Shown: in pieces, positions 1 to 43,200 of the stretch | Position numbering within the stretch: the stretch's first letter is position 1 | Layout: each line of letters starts with the position of its first letter | Assembly (NCBI GenBank): GCA_030141605.1 | Contig: JAQGDQ010000154.1 | Coordinates: forward strand, 62,001-126,000 | Reading direction: 5' to 3' | DNA from: Tubiluchus corallicola | Lineage: Eukaryota; Animalia; Priapulida | Length of the DNA: 64,000 nucleotides | Program-made: the position numbers and the translations under genes | The notes under the pieces: model-generated | Databases searched by the model: none | What the model saw: only the letters and a program-made list of their open reading frames with translations | Told to the model about the DNA's origin: nothing

Positions 1-902
1 ATATTAGTTTCAAATGACTTTTCGTCATAATGAATGCACCTAACAGTCACCGCGGGCTTTTAAATTTACAAGTTTTATACGGCATTACTGCCGATGCAAG
101 CCCTGCATGCAAAAAGACAGTACGCAAGTGGTATAAAATTTGAAGACGAAATTTTTAAGCTCATGTAAGTGGAGGGCTTTTGTGCTTTACATTATTAAGA
201 TTTTTTTCAAATTACATAAACAGGTAAGTGTAATGATAGGTAATAATATATAACTTTATATGGAGAGTTATGGTGAATTTTTTGGGATATACTTTTTACA
301 TGTGAAAGCAAAGATATACAAATGTTTCGGGTTATGTGACATGCCAGATTTTTAATCATATTTTTCGTTTCTACTTCTCGTTACTTAAAATGAAAACTTC
401 AGTCTTCATGAGGATTGACAGGAGTCAGTATTTTTCCTAGAAAAGTCGTTTCACAGAAAAAAATGTTGACAGAAAAATCACGGTTACTTTTTTAATTGTT
501 AAATCTACTATTTTAGTAGGATAATTAGCCTTCTCTTTCTCCGTTTGCTTCTCCCTCTAGCTTCTTATACGCCTCTCATCTCCTCCTTCGCTCTCTTTCT
601 CTGCCTTTCTATTCCTCTTTTTTCCATTGTCTCTTCTCCTTTCTCTCTAATACTCTTCCTCTCCTATTCTCTTTCTCTCCCTCATTTTAGTTGAGCTCCG
701 CCCTTTTGAAAGTCTGTGCACGTCAATTGTGATATTTGCCTCCCCCCTGAATCTCATGTATAAGGTACAATTTTTTACATTTTCTTTATGAACCTCTTTC
801 TAGCTATTTCCACTTGAATTTTGACAATTTAAATTTCACTCTTGATTTTGTAACTATATTTTGTTAATAAATGTGTTAGTTATTTGTGTTGGCTCGATTT
901 CT

Positions 903-951
903 AGCACTGATAATAAAGTTGCTGTCGAAACGATCGTCTGTGCTTAATAAA
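903..951 (+). ncRNA. Degenerate minimal hammerhead ribozyme, Penelope-like element end
   Basis: agca-CTGATAA(907-913; CUGAUGA with one change), decayed stem II, GAAA(927-930), palindromic ACGATCGT, C(938), tgtgct, then AATAAA(946-951); preceded by a T-rich tract. Confidence 0.5.
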
Positions 952-2171
952 CGCCATGAATCGAACTAAAAAAACTCGTTTAAATTCGATTCGAACTGTA
1001 TTCGATTCAAATGTTCGATGCTCACCCCTAACCGTTTCGACTACCTCAAAACCAAACCGTCAGGGTCGGCAACACTGACGTTAAATTTTTATAAACTAAA
1101 CTGTTTCTTATCAATAAAATACACGATAATACAGAAAATGCAGATATTATTGTTTAATGCAAGTCAATAACAAAGATGTTTTCAAAGTTTTATTCAAAAC
1201 ATTCCATTTACAAAATTATTTAAATATTTACAATATTTTACATGTAATAGACACGTCAGTATTTATGACAGCATCAGCAAACTGTTAGTATAGCAGTACA
1301 GAAGCAGCAGCAGCAATTTCAACACACATGAACAATATAACGTGTTTGCACTAAATATCGGTTTAATTAGCCTAATTTAGTTTTAGTCTATTAACGGCCT
1401 TTCAGTAATCGCTTTTTTTAAAGTACAGTTTTATTATAGCAAAAAATTCGCAAGTTTATTATAACATATTTACCAGTGTCACAGATAATCAGGCTTTAAA
1501 TGTAGTTGCACATCTAAATTACACGTACATCTAAATTGTTTGTACGTCTATATTAGATGTATTATAATAAAAAAAATTAAGAAATCTATCAAAATTGATA
1601 CGCGGAAATTCTTTATAACATCCTATTGCTAACATGATCAGGTGATGCTAAAATAAATTTGAGAAACTTGCCAATTATTTCCAATGTACAAAATCTACAA
1701 AAATTTCATGCATAATGATACTGTAATTAGCAATTCAGACTATTATATATGTAACAATGGCACACAATGTTTCGTACGATTACCAATAAGCAAGAAATAT
1801 ACCAATCTACATATATACTTTGGTCACTGATCTTTTTTCTCACTATTAAGATTTTGTAAACTCTAGCAGACACTCTGACTAAAGAAACAGATTTACTGTT
1901 GTCATCTCCAGCGCCAGTTCTAGGTAGTTTTACTCCCAAGGAAAAAGTATTTTTAGCAACCATTCCAAACTGCCAAGCCCTTCTCCTTGAATTTTTGTTG
2001 TATGTAACAAAAGGTACCCGCGTATTAGGCTTATACATGTATTATAGTGTACAAATTAACTGTAGTTAATTACCCATCTACAGTTTGTGTTAATTAAAGT
2101 TGAAGTTAAGTTTGTGAGCCACTTGTCTTCAGAAACAATTAAAATGTCTGCAATTTCTACCGCACACTATT

Positions 2172-2710
2172 CATGTATGTACTCTTGTATGTATGTTCAT
2201 GTATGTACTCTTGTATGTATGTTCATGTATGCACTCTTGTATGTATGTTCATGTATGCACTCTTGTATGTATGTTCATGTATGTACTCTTGTATGTATGT
2301 TCATGTATGTACTCTTGCATGTATGTTCATGTATGTACTCTTGTATGTATGTTCACGTATGTACTCTTGTATGTATGTTCATGTATGTACGATCATGTAT
2401 GTACTCTCGTATGTATGATCATGTATGTACTCTTGTATGTATGATCATGTATGTACTCTTGTATGTATGTTCATGTATGTTCTCTTGTATGTATGTTCAT
2501 GTATGTACTCTTGTATGTATGTTCATGTATGTACTCTTGCATGTACGTTCATGTATGTACTCTTGTATGTATGTTCACGTATGTACTCTTGTATGTATGT
2601 TCATGTATGTATGATCATGCATGTACTCTCGTGTGTAAGTTCATGTATGTATTCTTGCATGTGTGTACTCTTGCATGTGGGTACTCTTGTATGTATGTTT
2701 ATGTATGTTC
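2172..2710. repeat. 26-bp minisatellite (catgtatgtactcttgtatgtatgtt)n, ~20 copies
   Basis: Direct tandem repetition, degenerating at the right end. Confidence 0.95.
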
Positions 2711-4630
2711 TCTCAGTCTTTTCATCCGAATTTTTTTGAAACACTAACTCCTCTTTTTCATATGCACAATTTCCTAGTTAAATCATTTTCACAGCCATAA
2801 CTCTGGCCTGGTTGCAAGTAATTCATTAGTGAATCTTTTTGCTGGTCGGTGTCCGCCGGCTTTTTTACCTTCCCTTTCCAAGATTATCCTTCGATTCTTA
2901 TGGATTTATTTATCTACCATAATTAGGTATGCGCTATTGCAAGAAACTTTTTTATCAAATCAAGGAGTGGTTACTTTCTCTCCTACTCTACTCATACAAC
3001 TGTGGTCAAAAGCAGAGTAACACATGAGCAATATCTGTATCAATGACATAATCTTAGGAAGCCATTTAAAGTAAAAACAGAAAGTGTTTTGCTGAGGGAA
3101 CAGAGGTCCGCTTTAGTGTGGATGGAGCATATATTTGGACAGCAAAATAACGCAAGAGTTTCATTAAATTATGCATTTTGGCAACTAGATATACCCTATG
3201 TTAAACATACGCTAAACTTAAAAATTAAAGAATTATTTCGAGAATTTGGTACCCCAAAATTTTGGCACCTTAGTTTGCCTAGTGGTAGAGCCCAGGTTAT
3301 TTCTACATTCAGGCTGCGAAACAGTTGTGCTTAGTTGACATAAGATAATGCTCAAACCTAACATATTTTACATTTGCATGCTAAAAACAAGGTGTCAATG
3401 TCAAGCACGTCTTCTCATTTCAATACCGGGCATTTTTTATTAATCACAGTTTTGTTTCTAAGCAGGAATGTTTATCTGTTTTGCCCTGAATCCGTCGCTC
3501 GCTTACCTGGTGCAATTAAACTCGTTGCCTAAGAATTTGCAACTTTACAAACGTAAATGTCACAGAGCAACTAAGAGCATAAGAGTTGACAATGACAAAT
3601 AGAACACAAGTGTGAAAACCTAACAGTTAAAACTCTTGCAGACTTAGCTGAAGAGTGATTATTTGTACTTCTTAGAGAAAAGTACTAGTAGCAATACAGC
3701 AAGCGTCAGCTAATAGATTCAGTCTGTTAATTGGGTCAGAACACTTTCATCCCAAAGTGAGTCTGTTAAGCGCCATCTAAGTCAGCACGGTTAAAACTAC
3801 GCTATGATGCTTCAAAGTCAAATGCATCAAAATTTTCGTCTAATGTTACTTTTTCGTTTTTTATAAAAACAAATGCTAAATATATTGGACTTTTATATTC
3901 TAGCATCAAATTATCAACAGAATGTCCAAAAAATACTAAAAATGTAACCCCATGCTAATTTCTATTTTATAACCCCATGCCCATTTCTCTGCCTAGAAAC
4001 TAGTATTGCAATTGCAAAAAAACTTGCATTTTCAAACTACGATAGTAGCTCGTGGAAGCAGTCATTTTGCTTCGGGTTTTATCTGTTGTCAAGCCTAAAT
4101 TTTCGTCATCTACTAAATTTAAACATAACTTCAATGTGCTCTTACAAAGTCCACAGCAAACATATTTTCGTACAGTTGTTGCTAAGTGCTTTATAGAAAC
4201 GCAACAAAAAACAATGGCTAACTTTAACAGTGATTTTCTCAAGTCTATGTTTTTTAGTGCATAGCTTTTACCTCAACTTCAACCTGGATTATCTCAGCTT
4301 AGAAATAACATAGAGCAATGAGCTTGGTATCAAAATGATCTTCATGAAATGGAGATTCAGGATATGTGGATAACTAGAAAATTTTAATTGCCGACTTATG
4401 GACGATTTTGCTACGCAGGCACACATATTACAGGATTATGACATAAAGCAGCAAATTTGCAAACTGACTTGATTTAATTTTATTTGTCTCCATGTTTGTG
4501 TTATCACACAATCATTGCATAATACATAATGTAGATCTATATCTATATATATGACTCTGTGCATTAACTGTGAATAATTTAAATTTCATCAAATGATGCT
4601 TCTTTACAGAAAACTAGACAACATTGCCCG

Positions 4631-21167
<16,537 letters not shown>

Positions 21168-21601
21168 GTGCCAGCAAAGTCTACTTGGTAGTTTTAGACA
21201 CACAGAATCTGATAAGAGCTTTTGCTAGTCAATTCAACCTGCAAAAAAGTGACACCTGACATATAGATGTGCAAACTAGCACAAAACTTAGCACTCAGAA
21301 GCATAAAATATGGCCATTTAGCTGCCGTATCAATAAAAAAAGTAAATTATTTGCCTAAGATGTTAATAAAAATCCTCGGGTGATCATATTTGTGTTATGA
21401 CTGCAAAGTCGAGCATCATTGTCATTAATTTTGCATAAAATAAAACTAAGTTACACCATAAACAATAAATACTGTGTGTTTCTTTGAGGATTGTATATGT
21501 TGATACTAGGATCATAGCCAAATTACTATGGGTCCCGCAACAAAGTGCAGAAAGAATCACAGTTTGTATCAACGTGAGTAAAAAAAAGTACAAAAAGCAA
21601 G

Positions 21602-21740
21602 AGAACATGGCATCCTAGGGAAGATTCTATCTGTTTAGAACGTTGCATACTAGGAAAATTCTATCCATGTAAGACGTGGCATACTAGAAAATATTCTGTC
21701 TGTGTAGAACGCGGCATCCTAGGGAAAATTCTATCTGTCA
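21602..21740. repeat. Degenerate ~35-bp tandem repeat x4
   Basis: agaacrtggcatmctaggraaattctatctgt-like units. Confidence 0.75.
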
Positions 21741-22669
21741 AAAGTGCGAGGGGACATGGGAAACCATTCTTACTCCCAGTTTCTTGTATTAGTCTCTTGA
21801 ACACCCATGCTAACCCAATAAAAACTAAACAAACCATCTCTGTTACATAAAATACACGAACGCAATTATAAATAGAAAGAATTATAAAATTTCGTGAGCA
21901 CGCTATCACAATCCAGTCCCTAATATCAATTTTCGCTAAGACGGATTCACAGTCTACAAATTAAGCAAACTACGTGTCTATGTATGCTTCATCTGTGGTC
22001 AATGTCTATAATGTAAATTATTTTGGAATAAGTTAATGTTATATAAATTATTAATCACTGACATACCAGGCAATTATGAAAATACTTTAACCTGAACAAC
22101 AATTAAATTGCTACAAGCTCTTATAGAGTTTTCCTAGAAATGTGTTTATGTGGGTTCATTCAAGTAATTATTCGAAAATACTACTAATATCTTCATCATC
22201 TTAACCATACCGATATCGTCATAATCATAACCATCACATCATCATCTTCACTATCATTAACATTATTATAGATAAATATAAACATGCTTATGTTCATAAT
22301 AAACGATGCAAGTTTGCATAATAATCAAATTTTAATTTACGTAGCCTTTGAATTACTAATGGTCCACTTAATTGTCTTTAGAACTACTTTATTATTTGCA
22401 CTCTTTTCAATTTCATTTCTCTTCTCTCTTTCTCTATCTTAACCTATAATCTTTTATATTGTTTTCTAATGAGTTTTCATGGTGGTTTCACAAGGTTTGC
22501 TTCTTGACCACCATGCAGCATATATGTCTGGGTGATAAACTATTATGTAATTTAGTAACTATATTAATATAGTTATTGTACATTATTGTAAATATATTTG
22601 CATTTTTTACCTACCTATATCACATCATAGCAAATATATCAATATAATTTTGTTACAATTATTGTTGTA

Positions 22670-23372
22670 GGGCGCATAGTAATCCACTAGCCGAAGTGGG
22701 ACACTTCCGGTTAAATGCATGTGCTAAATTTGCGGAAAAGCAGTGTCGTACATGGGCAGCCCAAATAGGACACTAGCGATTTCTGTCGAGAATCGAGATT
22801 TATGACATAATAAAACATAAAACTAAATTTGTTTTAGAAAAAAGTAACTTTAAATAACGATAGATAGTTTTTCCCAATTTACAAATGTATTTTTTACAAC
22901 AATATAATCATTATTATTAGCTCCATAAATATCATCATAATATTAAACTAAGTATCTAATTCTTTAAAGAGAGAAACTATGTAGAGCACATAACTCGCTA
23001 ACCCATTTACTTAGTAGCAAGGGAGTGAAAAGGATCACCTGTCTGTAAAGCAAGACAAAATAAAAAATGATATACCTTAAGCTTAAGCAAATGTTGCAAT
23101 CGCCTAAAAAGTGCGCTTATTTTACTTCAAAGAAAACTAATATTGGCAAATATTAATTCTTCTAGCTTAGAATAAAATTCTTTTATTTTATGAGATGTAT
23201 AATAAATTATTCAACGTGTATTGACGTTTTTAATTATTATTACATAAACAAGGACAACAGACGGCGCCAGTACTCTTAGCGACTCAATTCGCGACCTGTC
23301 TCTAATGTCCTACTTGGGCAGCCCATGTACACCAATTGTCCTACTTCGGCTAGTGGGTTACTCGGCGCCCAA
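22670..23372. mobile_element. Non-autonomous TIR element related to 24542-25463
   Basis: Imperfect TIRs gggcgcatagtaatccactagccgaagtgggaca / tgtcctacttcggctagtgggttactcggcgccc; internal blocks colinear with the 24542 element. Confidence 0.8.
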
Positions 23373-24146
23373 TAATTGTAATTATGCTGAAGTGGATAAT
23401 TAATTACAAATTACATTCTTTAAATTTTTCACACGTTGTTTTCAATGCTCCCACACGATTTTCTATGAGACTTGCAAATTGTCTGTCAGCAGATTGTTCA
23501 CATAAATTTTTATCAAAGAGTGGGTAGGACGCATGTCAAATGACCATTTAGCAAGTTAACTTCGATTAACGTAGGCAACAGGAAAAATGTGTAAGCTTCT
23601 CCCTGGATGCTACAATATTTTTGTTTCGCTGGTCAGTCTGGTGGTAAAAACATTGAATCCTTTGTTGAAACAAATAGCAGCCCAACTCAGTAGGCAAACC
23701 CGCCCATTGAGCCAATCCACCACAACGAATACTCAATTGATGCGGATTACTATTAATAAAATACTGTTTATATCCTTACACTAAAAAGTCTACAACAATA
23801 AAGTTTCTGGCTGCTAGTTTTAAGTAGTTTACCTAGTTATTATATAGCCACTGCCTTTCCTTGCTGCGATTTTGCTTCCTTTTAGAAAAGTAATGTGGGA
23901 GATCTTTAAAATCATGTTCTTATTTAAATGTCATAAATTCGTAAGCAAGGTAACTTCAGAAAATTTGTTTCTTAAACTGCTTATATCGCAATAAATGCTG
24001 TCACCTAACATGTAAAAAGAGGAACAGTAAGTTTTTTATATGTATCTGAACAATAAGTTTAGCATATTTTACCTTACAAATATTAGTTGTTACAAATTTT
24101 TAATATGGAATTATTTTACGGTAGTACTGGTTAGCTAAGACACCCG

Positions 24147-24155
24147 TGACGTGGC
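24147..24155 (+). promoter_or_regulatory. TGACGTGGC: overlapping UPRE (TGACGTGG) and GASE (ACGTGGC) consensus just upstream of the ACBD3 ATG
   Basis: Exact motif match ending 9 nt before the ATG at 24164; function not shown. Confidence 0.35.
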
Positions 24156-24163
24156 TTCGAATA

Positions 24164-36445
<12,282 letters not shown>

Positions 36446-37719
36446 AAACTGTATTGAGATGAATGTGCACAAGTTTGTTAACTTTGCCATTTTAAAGAAA
36501 AATTTTATATAATTTAAGCAGAAATTGTTGCCATATCGATACCATCAGAAATATATCGAGTACTCGGGTATTATTTTTTATATGGTGTATATATAAACAA
36601 ATTTAGTCGAGCTATTTCTGTACGTGTGCGTCACTTAGACAAGAAAATACTATGTATGCTATAACAATGATAATATATGTGCTTTCAAATTGCATATAAC
36701 ATTTGTAATGAGAAGTACCGTCAGTGCAGAAATACAGTCTGTATTGATTGAAACTTCGTGTCATAGCATAGTTATGATACTTGAGTGTTTATATGTTTTA
36801 TTGTTTTAATGTGTAGGCGGAAATAGGTCACAGAGTTATTGCCCTAAAATGTCTGGAACTTAAACGTAAAGTTACAATGAAATTCAGTAGACATTCTCTC
36901 TCTGGCTACCAGCATATATTATTGGTGTTTTGATTTATGCGTATAGTGAGCAAAGTGATATCAGAAAGCTCGTAACATATTCTGTTTTGTTATCGATTTG
37001 ATAAAAACGGTTTCCTTTCTTTCTCTTTGTTTCCTTTTTAACACTTCTTTTTTTCTTGTGTACATTTCTTTCTTTCTTTCTTTTTTCTTCCAGTAACCTG
37101 TTATTCCCTCTTGTTTGCCTTTTTCTTTACTTTCTTTCTTTTCTAAATGTGTTGCTTTCTTCTTCCTTTGGCCTACTGCATTTTAATTATTTTAAACATA
37201 GGAGAAATTGTATTTGAGTATTTCTAAATTACTTTTTATCTTTTTGGAGTATGTAAGCAGACTATTATTGCTGTAATCTCCATGCAAACATAAGTTCAAA
37301 GTTTTAACGAATACTTTGTTTCAGTATTTCTTAGGATTCCAAATTAATTTGTTTGTGTTGTAATCCGGCATTGAAATTTTTAACGAGTACCTTGTTTGAA
37401 TGTTTGTTATGATTGTAGTCGTTTTTTGTATTGTAATCGGTAATGATTTTTCCTGTATTTATTAATTTTTGGTAAATTGTGTACATCTATTGTTCAGTGT
37501 CTAATTCTTTCTAGCATACAAATTGACAAAAATTTCTAACAACATTTGCACCAGTACTTACTATGTTCGATGCATAGGTGCTACTTATGCCTTAACGGGC
37601 TTTCAATTCTTTGTTGCATCCAAACTCAATGCTTTCAGTTTCAAAGAATTGGCTCTCATGAAATTTTACTCATTTTTGCATCAGTAATTATTAATAATAT
37701 TATGTTGAAAAAGTTGAAA

Positions 37720-37725
37720 AATAAA
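37720..37725 (+). terminator. Candidate ACBD3 polyadenylation signal AATAAA
   Basis: First canonical AATAAA I could find after the stop at 36445, followed by a TG-rich tract; duplicated at 46045-46050. Confidence 0.35.
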
Positions 37726-38225
37726 TTATTAATATTTGACAAACGTATGTCATATGTGTTTTAGTTGTGCTAATGAAAGACGATGCTTTATGTAATGAGG
37801 TAAAATCAGTCTTGTTGAGTATCTGTCTCCATTTGAAGTTTATGGAAGAAAGGTTTGAAAAGTGGCACTTTTTTGGCTAATTACTGTTTGTGGCACTTTT
37901 TTTGAGCACCCCTGTAAGTCACAAAAGCTGTTAGAAGACTGTGACATCATTGAGACAGGTGAGGCTATTGTCATTTCTTGACGTGTTTGCAAACAAAACT
38001 TTAAAATGAAAATCTTACAAAAAGAAATTTGCGAGGAAGGCTTTGTGAAACCATTATAATTAACAATTTGCATACTTTCCAAATTATGTTAAACAACTAA
38101 ACCTAACGTTTTTTTCATGAAATCTTGCAATAACATACCTACCACTACTATATAAATGTTTTTACTTATGTAAGTTTATGTTATATACTCAACTTATAAT
38201 AAGCGTGGGTAACAATTATCAATTC

Positions 38226-38616
38226 AATAAGCCTTTTCACAGTTCCAGCGATTGATGATGATCATGAACAGGTCAGAGGTTAACTGTACCAGACAACGCA
38301 TTTGTTACACTTGACAATGCCTCACAGGCCATGCTGTTGTAATAGCTACAGTTCTAATAACTAGCTAAAACCTTACCTAGTTCATTTTTTCTTAATTGTT
38401 TCCAAGCAAGATCCTTATAGTAAACTCTATGCACAGACTTTTACATAATTAAGTAAAGTCCACGTAAAACAACTGAAGTTACTGAACAGATGTGGGTGGC
38501 AGACGGCTTTGCTTTATTCATATGTCATGTGACGGTTGTAGTTCAGACATGTTGCTGTGGTACACTTAACCTTTGACCTACAGCAACTGCCCGTGCGCAC
38601 AACGAAAAGGCTTATT
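38226..38616. mobile_element. ~390-bp MITE family; other copies at ~16378-16766 (inverted), ~46554-46944 and a partial copy ~61550-61727
   Basis: TIRs aataagccttttc / gaaaaggcttatt; subterminal inverted aggtcagaggttaa / ttaacctttgacct; four copies in the window. Confidence 0.8.
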
Positions 38617-40208
38617 AAATTCAATGTCATTTTTTCAAATTTAACAGAAATTTTTTTTGCCAGAATAATTTGCCTCCCAGAAAAGATATTTCCCAAAATT
38701 GCCGTTTCACAGAATTTTTTCCCCAGAATCGTCATTTCATGAAAAATAAAATTCACAGAAAATGTAATAAGTCCTTTTACATAATGAACAATAAAAACTT
38801 GTTTAAATGTGTGTATTGATTAATAGGATCGTATAATCAAAAAATAAATAAATTGTCAACACGTTGGGGTACGAAAGTAGATTTGTAACGTCAGAACAAC
38901 GCTATACTGCTCAGTAATCACGACGTGCGATTCGTTACCAAAGTTAAGCAATGCCAAACCTGGCAACTGATTTGTTAGGAGACCGCTTAGGAATATCATT
39001 CGTGTGCTATTACTTTTACTGTGATTCCGAATTATTTTATTTATTATGGTTGTTTAGAGAAGATGTACAGTTTCATCTCGTAGGATCATTTTGGTAATGG
39101 ACTGGGATGTGGTCCTATCATAAAATAATTTGTAAAAATTCTTTCGAAGCAGCATAAATTATTGGGCAAAGGTTGACCCCAACATATTAACAAATCTGCC
39201 ATGGTTCGCATGGTGTTTTTATTTTTTTACAACATATTTATTAAAATATATTTCAAATCCTATGAAGATTAATTATTGATTTTGAAGTGATTATATGCAG
39301 CAAATGATACAACGCGATTGCTTTGAGAAAGCAATTTCATCCTAAAAAAACTTTAAATTGTATCAACGAAGTTTTATTTTCCAAAACAAAATAAAAAACA
39401 CTTTAAACGTTGCGTCATTTTAAATGACTCTGATTTTTGATATTTATTAGTCAAAGTGCTTTAGATGACTAAAGGACAGCACAAAGAGAAAGAATGGAAG
39501 GTAAAAAGAGAGGAATGACAACGGAGAGAAAGGATAACAAGGAAGAGAGAGAGAGAGAGAGAGAGGTGATGGAGAAAGAGGGAGAGAATCAGAGGAAGAG
39601 AGAACTAGGAAAGAATGAGAGAAAAAAGAAGATAAAAGGGAGAGAAAGAGAGACAGACGCGGAAGGAGAAAGGAAGGGGGATAAGACGGTGAAGAAATGG
39701 AAGGAGGTAAAGAAGGAAGAGCAAATAGAGAAAGAGAAATCGGAGGCTTTTTCCTAGTAAAATAGCAGATTTAACGATTGAAAATGTAGCCGTGATTTTT
39801 AACTCTTTCTGGGAAATGTTTTTTCTGTGTAAAACCTTTTCTGGAAAACACTTTCTGGGAAACGAAGCTAAACCCAAATTACATGCAGTTTTAAGACAGC
39901 GATACCATACATATCAAAATCGTGATAAGTTGATAAATATAGCATAAATTGGTGGCATAAAATACAAAAGACACAATTCAAAACACACAGCAAAAAACAG
40001 TGATTTGTGAGTAATCTCAGTTACTCACAAAAATTATTTTTTATTGTATTAATTATTTATACTAAAACTACATTGCTGTATAACATTTTTTATACGAATA
40101 AAAGATTAAATAATAATAAATCCCAAAGAAACTATTATCGTCGTCATCATCACGCTATCATAATTATTATTAACACGTGGACTAGTGACTTTCGTCATTG
40201 AAAGTGAT

Positions 40209-43200
40209 TTAGATTTCAGCTGCAAATAACTTCATTTCGCATGCTTTTAACGAATGTTGAGTATTGAAAGTTCCCCAATATATAGCTTTAGCTAAATGTT
40301 CTGTATTGAAGTAGTCTCCGTTTAAGTTTGCCCAGTGACAATTATTGTACCAGAATGCACCAACCCACTGGACTGCACAATTACCATTCAATTCACCTGG
40401 TTTGTTATCCTGATCTTTGTCGTACGTTGTGAACTTCATATTGTTGTGGTACCAAAGTGAATCACCTAGTTAAACATATAAAAAATTATAATGCACAAGG
40501 CGGGTCACAAAGTTGCCCTCTTCCCGGGTTGGGTTAAGATGAGTGTGTTGCCTTAAGCAAACCTAGCACCTGGTGCTCCGACTCTCTCTTCTGCTAGGTG
40601 TCACCACATGGTAGTTTCCTGGCTCAAAGCATACGTATTTTGTGGTACAAACTGTGTTACATTATAATTATATAAAATACCATAGCTCCATGCAGGATTT
40701 ATCCTATTTAAATTCTTTATTGACTGAATTTGATTCAAATAAATCGGCTACAAAAAAGAAGGTACGATACCTGCCAACTGCAAAAATTGGTCATTTACAC
40801 AACTAGAGGCCATTAGTTCTTGGAATGATCACCTTAACTAAGGCAAACATTAAAGGAAGACCGGACGATTGTTTAGACTCAATCTCATATTAATTTACTG
40901 TCCAAATTATACATTTTCTTGCCTATAAAAGTTAACAATTGCTCCTTATATTTGAATAATTAGCTTAGAAAGTTAATTAACGGCAACCGAACACAGCTAT
41001 TGCTTAAATCAGAAACTAACCACAGTTTGTGCAATGGCAGGCGTCTTCCCTTGCACATCAAGTACTGCTTAAACACATGATGACACGAAAATGCGCTTTA
41101 CATCATATGACGTCATGAAACTAACACAGCAGTTAATGATCATGATTATCACGGTACCGCCTTCTATTTGTCGGCCACACGAATGTGACAAAAAGGCGCC
41201 GCTGCCAATCTTAGTAGATGCACTGAGCTGCGCGTAGTTTTGAAAGTTTAACGAAATTTGAGTATCCGAGGTAATTATTATTTAATCTAAGCTTTGATTT
41301 AAAAAAGGTATCGTAGTTTTCAATATTTTAGAGCATCTTTATTCTGAACTAATGTTTACACAATCATACGGTTTTCCTTTAACGAATCTCTCTTATCTGA
41401 TTTGAGAGCAATCCACTGTACCCATACAAAGCAGTTCACGTATCAAAGAATTTTACTACTTCCGGAAACGATTGCCCAAAACAGTTTAGGTTTTTGTTTT
41501 GCTAGCGACTGTTGACTTGCTCGGTAAGGCAACTATAATTACTCGGTCCGTGCATTTTGGTGCAAATTTACGTCGTCACATCATCTGTTCATTTCAAACA
41601 TTTGAAAAGACTTTTATATACAAATAGTGATGAACCCACCAGCAGTTCCACTGTATCCACTAACTTGCAATGTATAATCATCTCCTGGACCAACAGAAAA
41701 CTGACTATATTCAGCATAAGCAGTTGTGTCCTGATAATTTGTCATATCCACTCGTAAAGAAGAAGCTTTTGTCGTAGTCAGCTGATGTATCTTCTCGTTA
41801 CCTAAACATGCACATCATTCAAATCTCTTGGACAATCTTACCTGACAAACTCGCCTAGAAAGCTTACATTTGATGCTATAGTACACCATGGTTTTCTTTT
41901 CAGAAAATAAAAAAACAGATAAAAAGATTTATTGCCAAAAAAATTAAACTTAAAAAAATTCTTTGGAATTCCCTTAAAGAGAAAATGTGCAGTGGCCGCA
42001 CACAGCCGTTTAATGGAAAGGAACTAAAGGCAAGCATTGTTGAGTTTTTGGAGTAAATTCACAAAATATTTCTTGAAGAAATGAGAAACTGTATCAACTG
42101 TTGAAAGAAATGCTTTGTCTAATTTGCAGTGAAAATGATGGGCGTATAGAACAATTACTGTAAATTATAGCAAGAATAACATGAAAAAAATTCCGGCATC
42201 ATTTTAATTTTTTGACTTGCTGATTTAAAACTTCTGTATGTCTGGATAAATCCAAGGGAATGACCTAGAATTTTTAGTGTTTGTCACAAGGATCTGTTAT
42301 CAATGCCATAATTTTCAAGCAATTTGGCTATTTTCGTCTTACGAAATCGTGATCAAAATTTCAGCCACATGATATATAAAAGGCTTAGCTACATTACCTA
42401 ACCAAAATTCGCCATTTAGGTTTCCAAATCCGCGTTTGTAATCATTCCATGGTCTGTAGAAAGATACAGAGCCATCCACTCGTCTTTGAAACACCTAAAA
42501 AGGTGTTAACATTATACATTATTGACTTAAAATGATAATTAATCATATACACATTCCTTCTCTGGTTTTATATACACTTCAGCACAAGGCAAATCAAAAT
42601 CAAGCGTTCAATGGCAGTGCTTACTCAAGTTGATGTTTGTGGCAAGACCGGAATTTAGCTCATTATCAAGGATAACCATCAAAGAAAAAACAGTAAACAG
42701 ATAGAGGGGTTTTAGCCACATTTGGATGGGGTACGTCCTCTATCTCCTTCTATAGATTTTGAATATCAAGTGTTTGTGAAATTTCTGATAGTGATCGACT
42801 ATTATTGATTTAAAAAATGTAATAACTTACAATTATGTATTGTGCATGTTGAATTAATATGTAAACTAATTATAACTCACTGCATATCCACGAGTTGCGT
42901 CCAGTTGACAATATACATCAAATGTCTGCAGTTGAGGTCTCACTGAGTAAACTCCAGAAGAACGAACTCCTAGATCCCAAATTTCTCCACAATCCTGTGG
43001 TACCTTAATGAACAAAAACGTGTAAAATATTTAGAATATGAAAGCGCTTTATAGAGAATTGTCATATTTTAACATGAGTAAAACGTTGAATGCTCTTTAT
43101 GGTCTCAAAATATAGTATATACTTCTCGTATGAGCTTTCGCCTTGCATTATCAGTTGAAAATTACAGACAAAATGTTGAAGCAGTGTGTACAAGTGCGCA

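Noticed and set aside
1727-2038. 103-aa minus-strand ORF
   Set aside because: No recognisable motif or splice context; presenilin already terminates at 4631.
2087-2747. Cys/Met/Tyr-rich ORFs in all three plus frames
   Set aside because: By-product of a stop-free 26-bp minisatellite; no evidence of coding function.
38905-39010. Functional 5S rRNA gene
   Set aside because: The 5' half does not match 5S and the rest is heavily diverged; treated as a SINE-like repeat.
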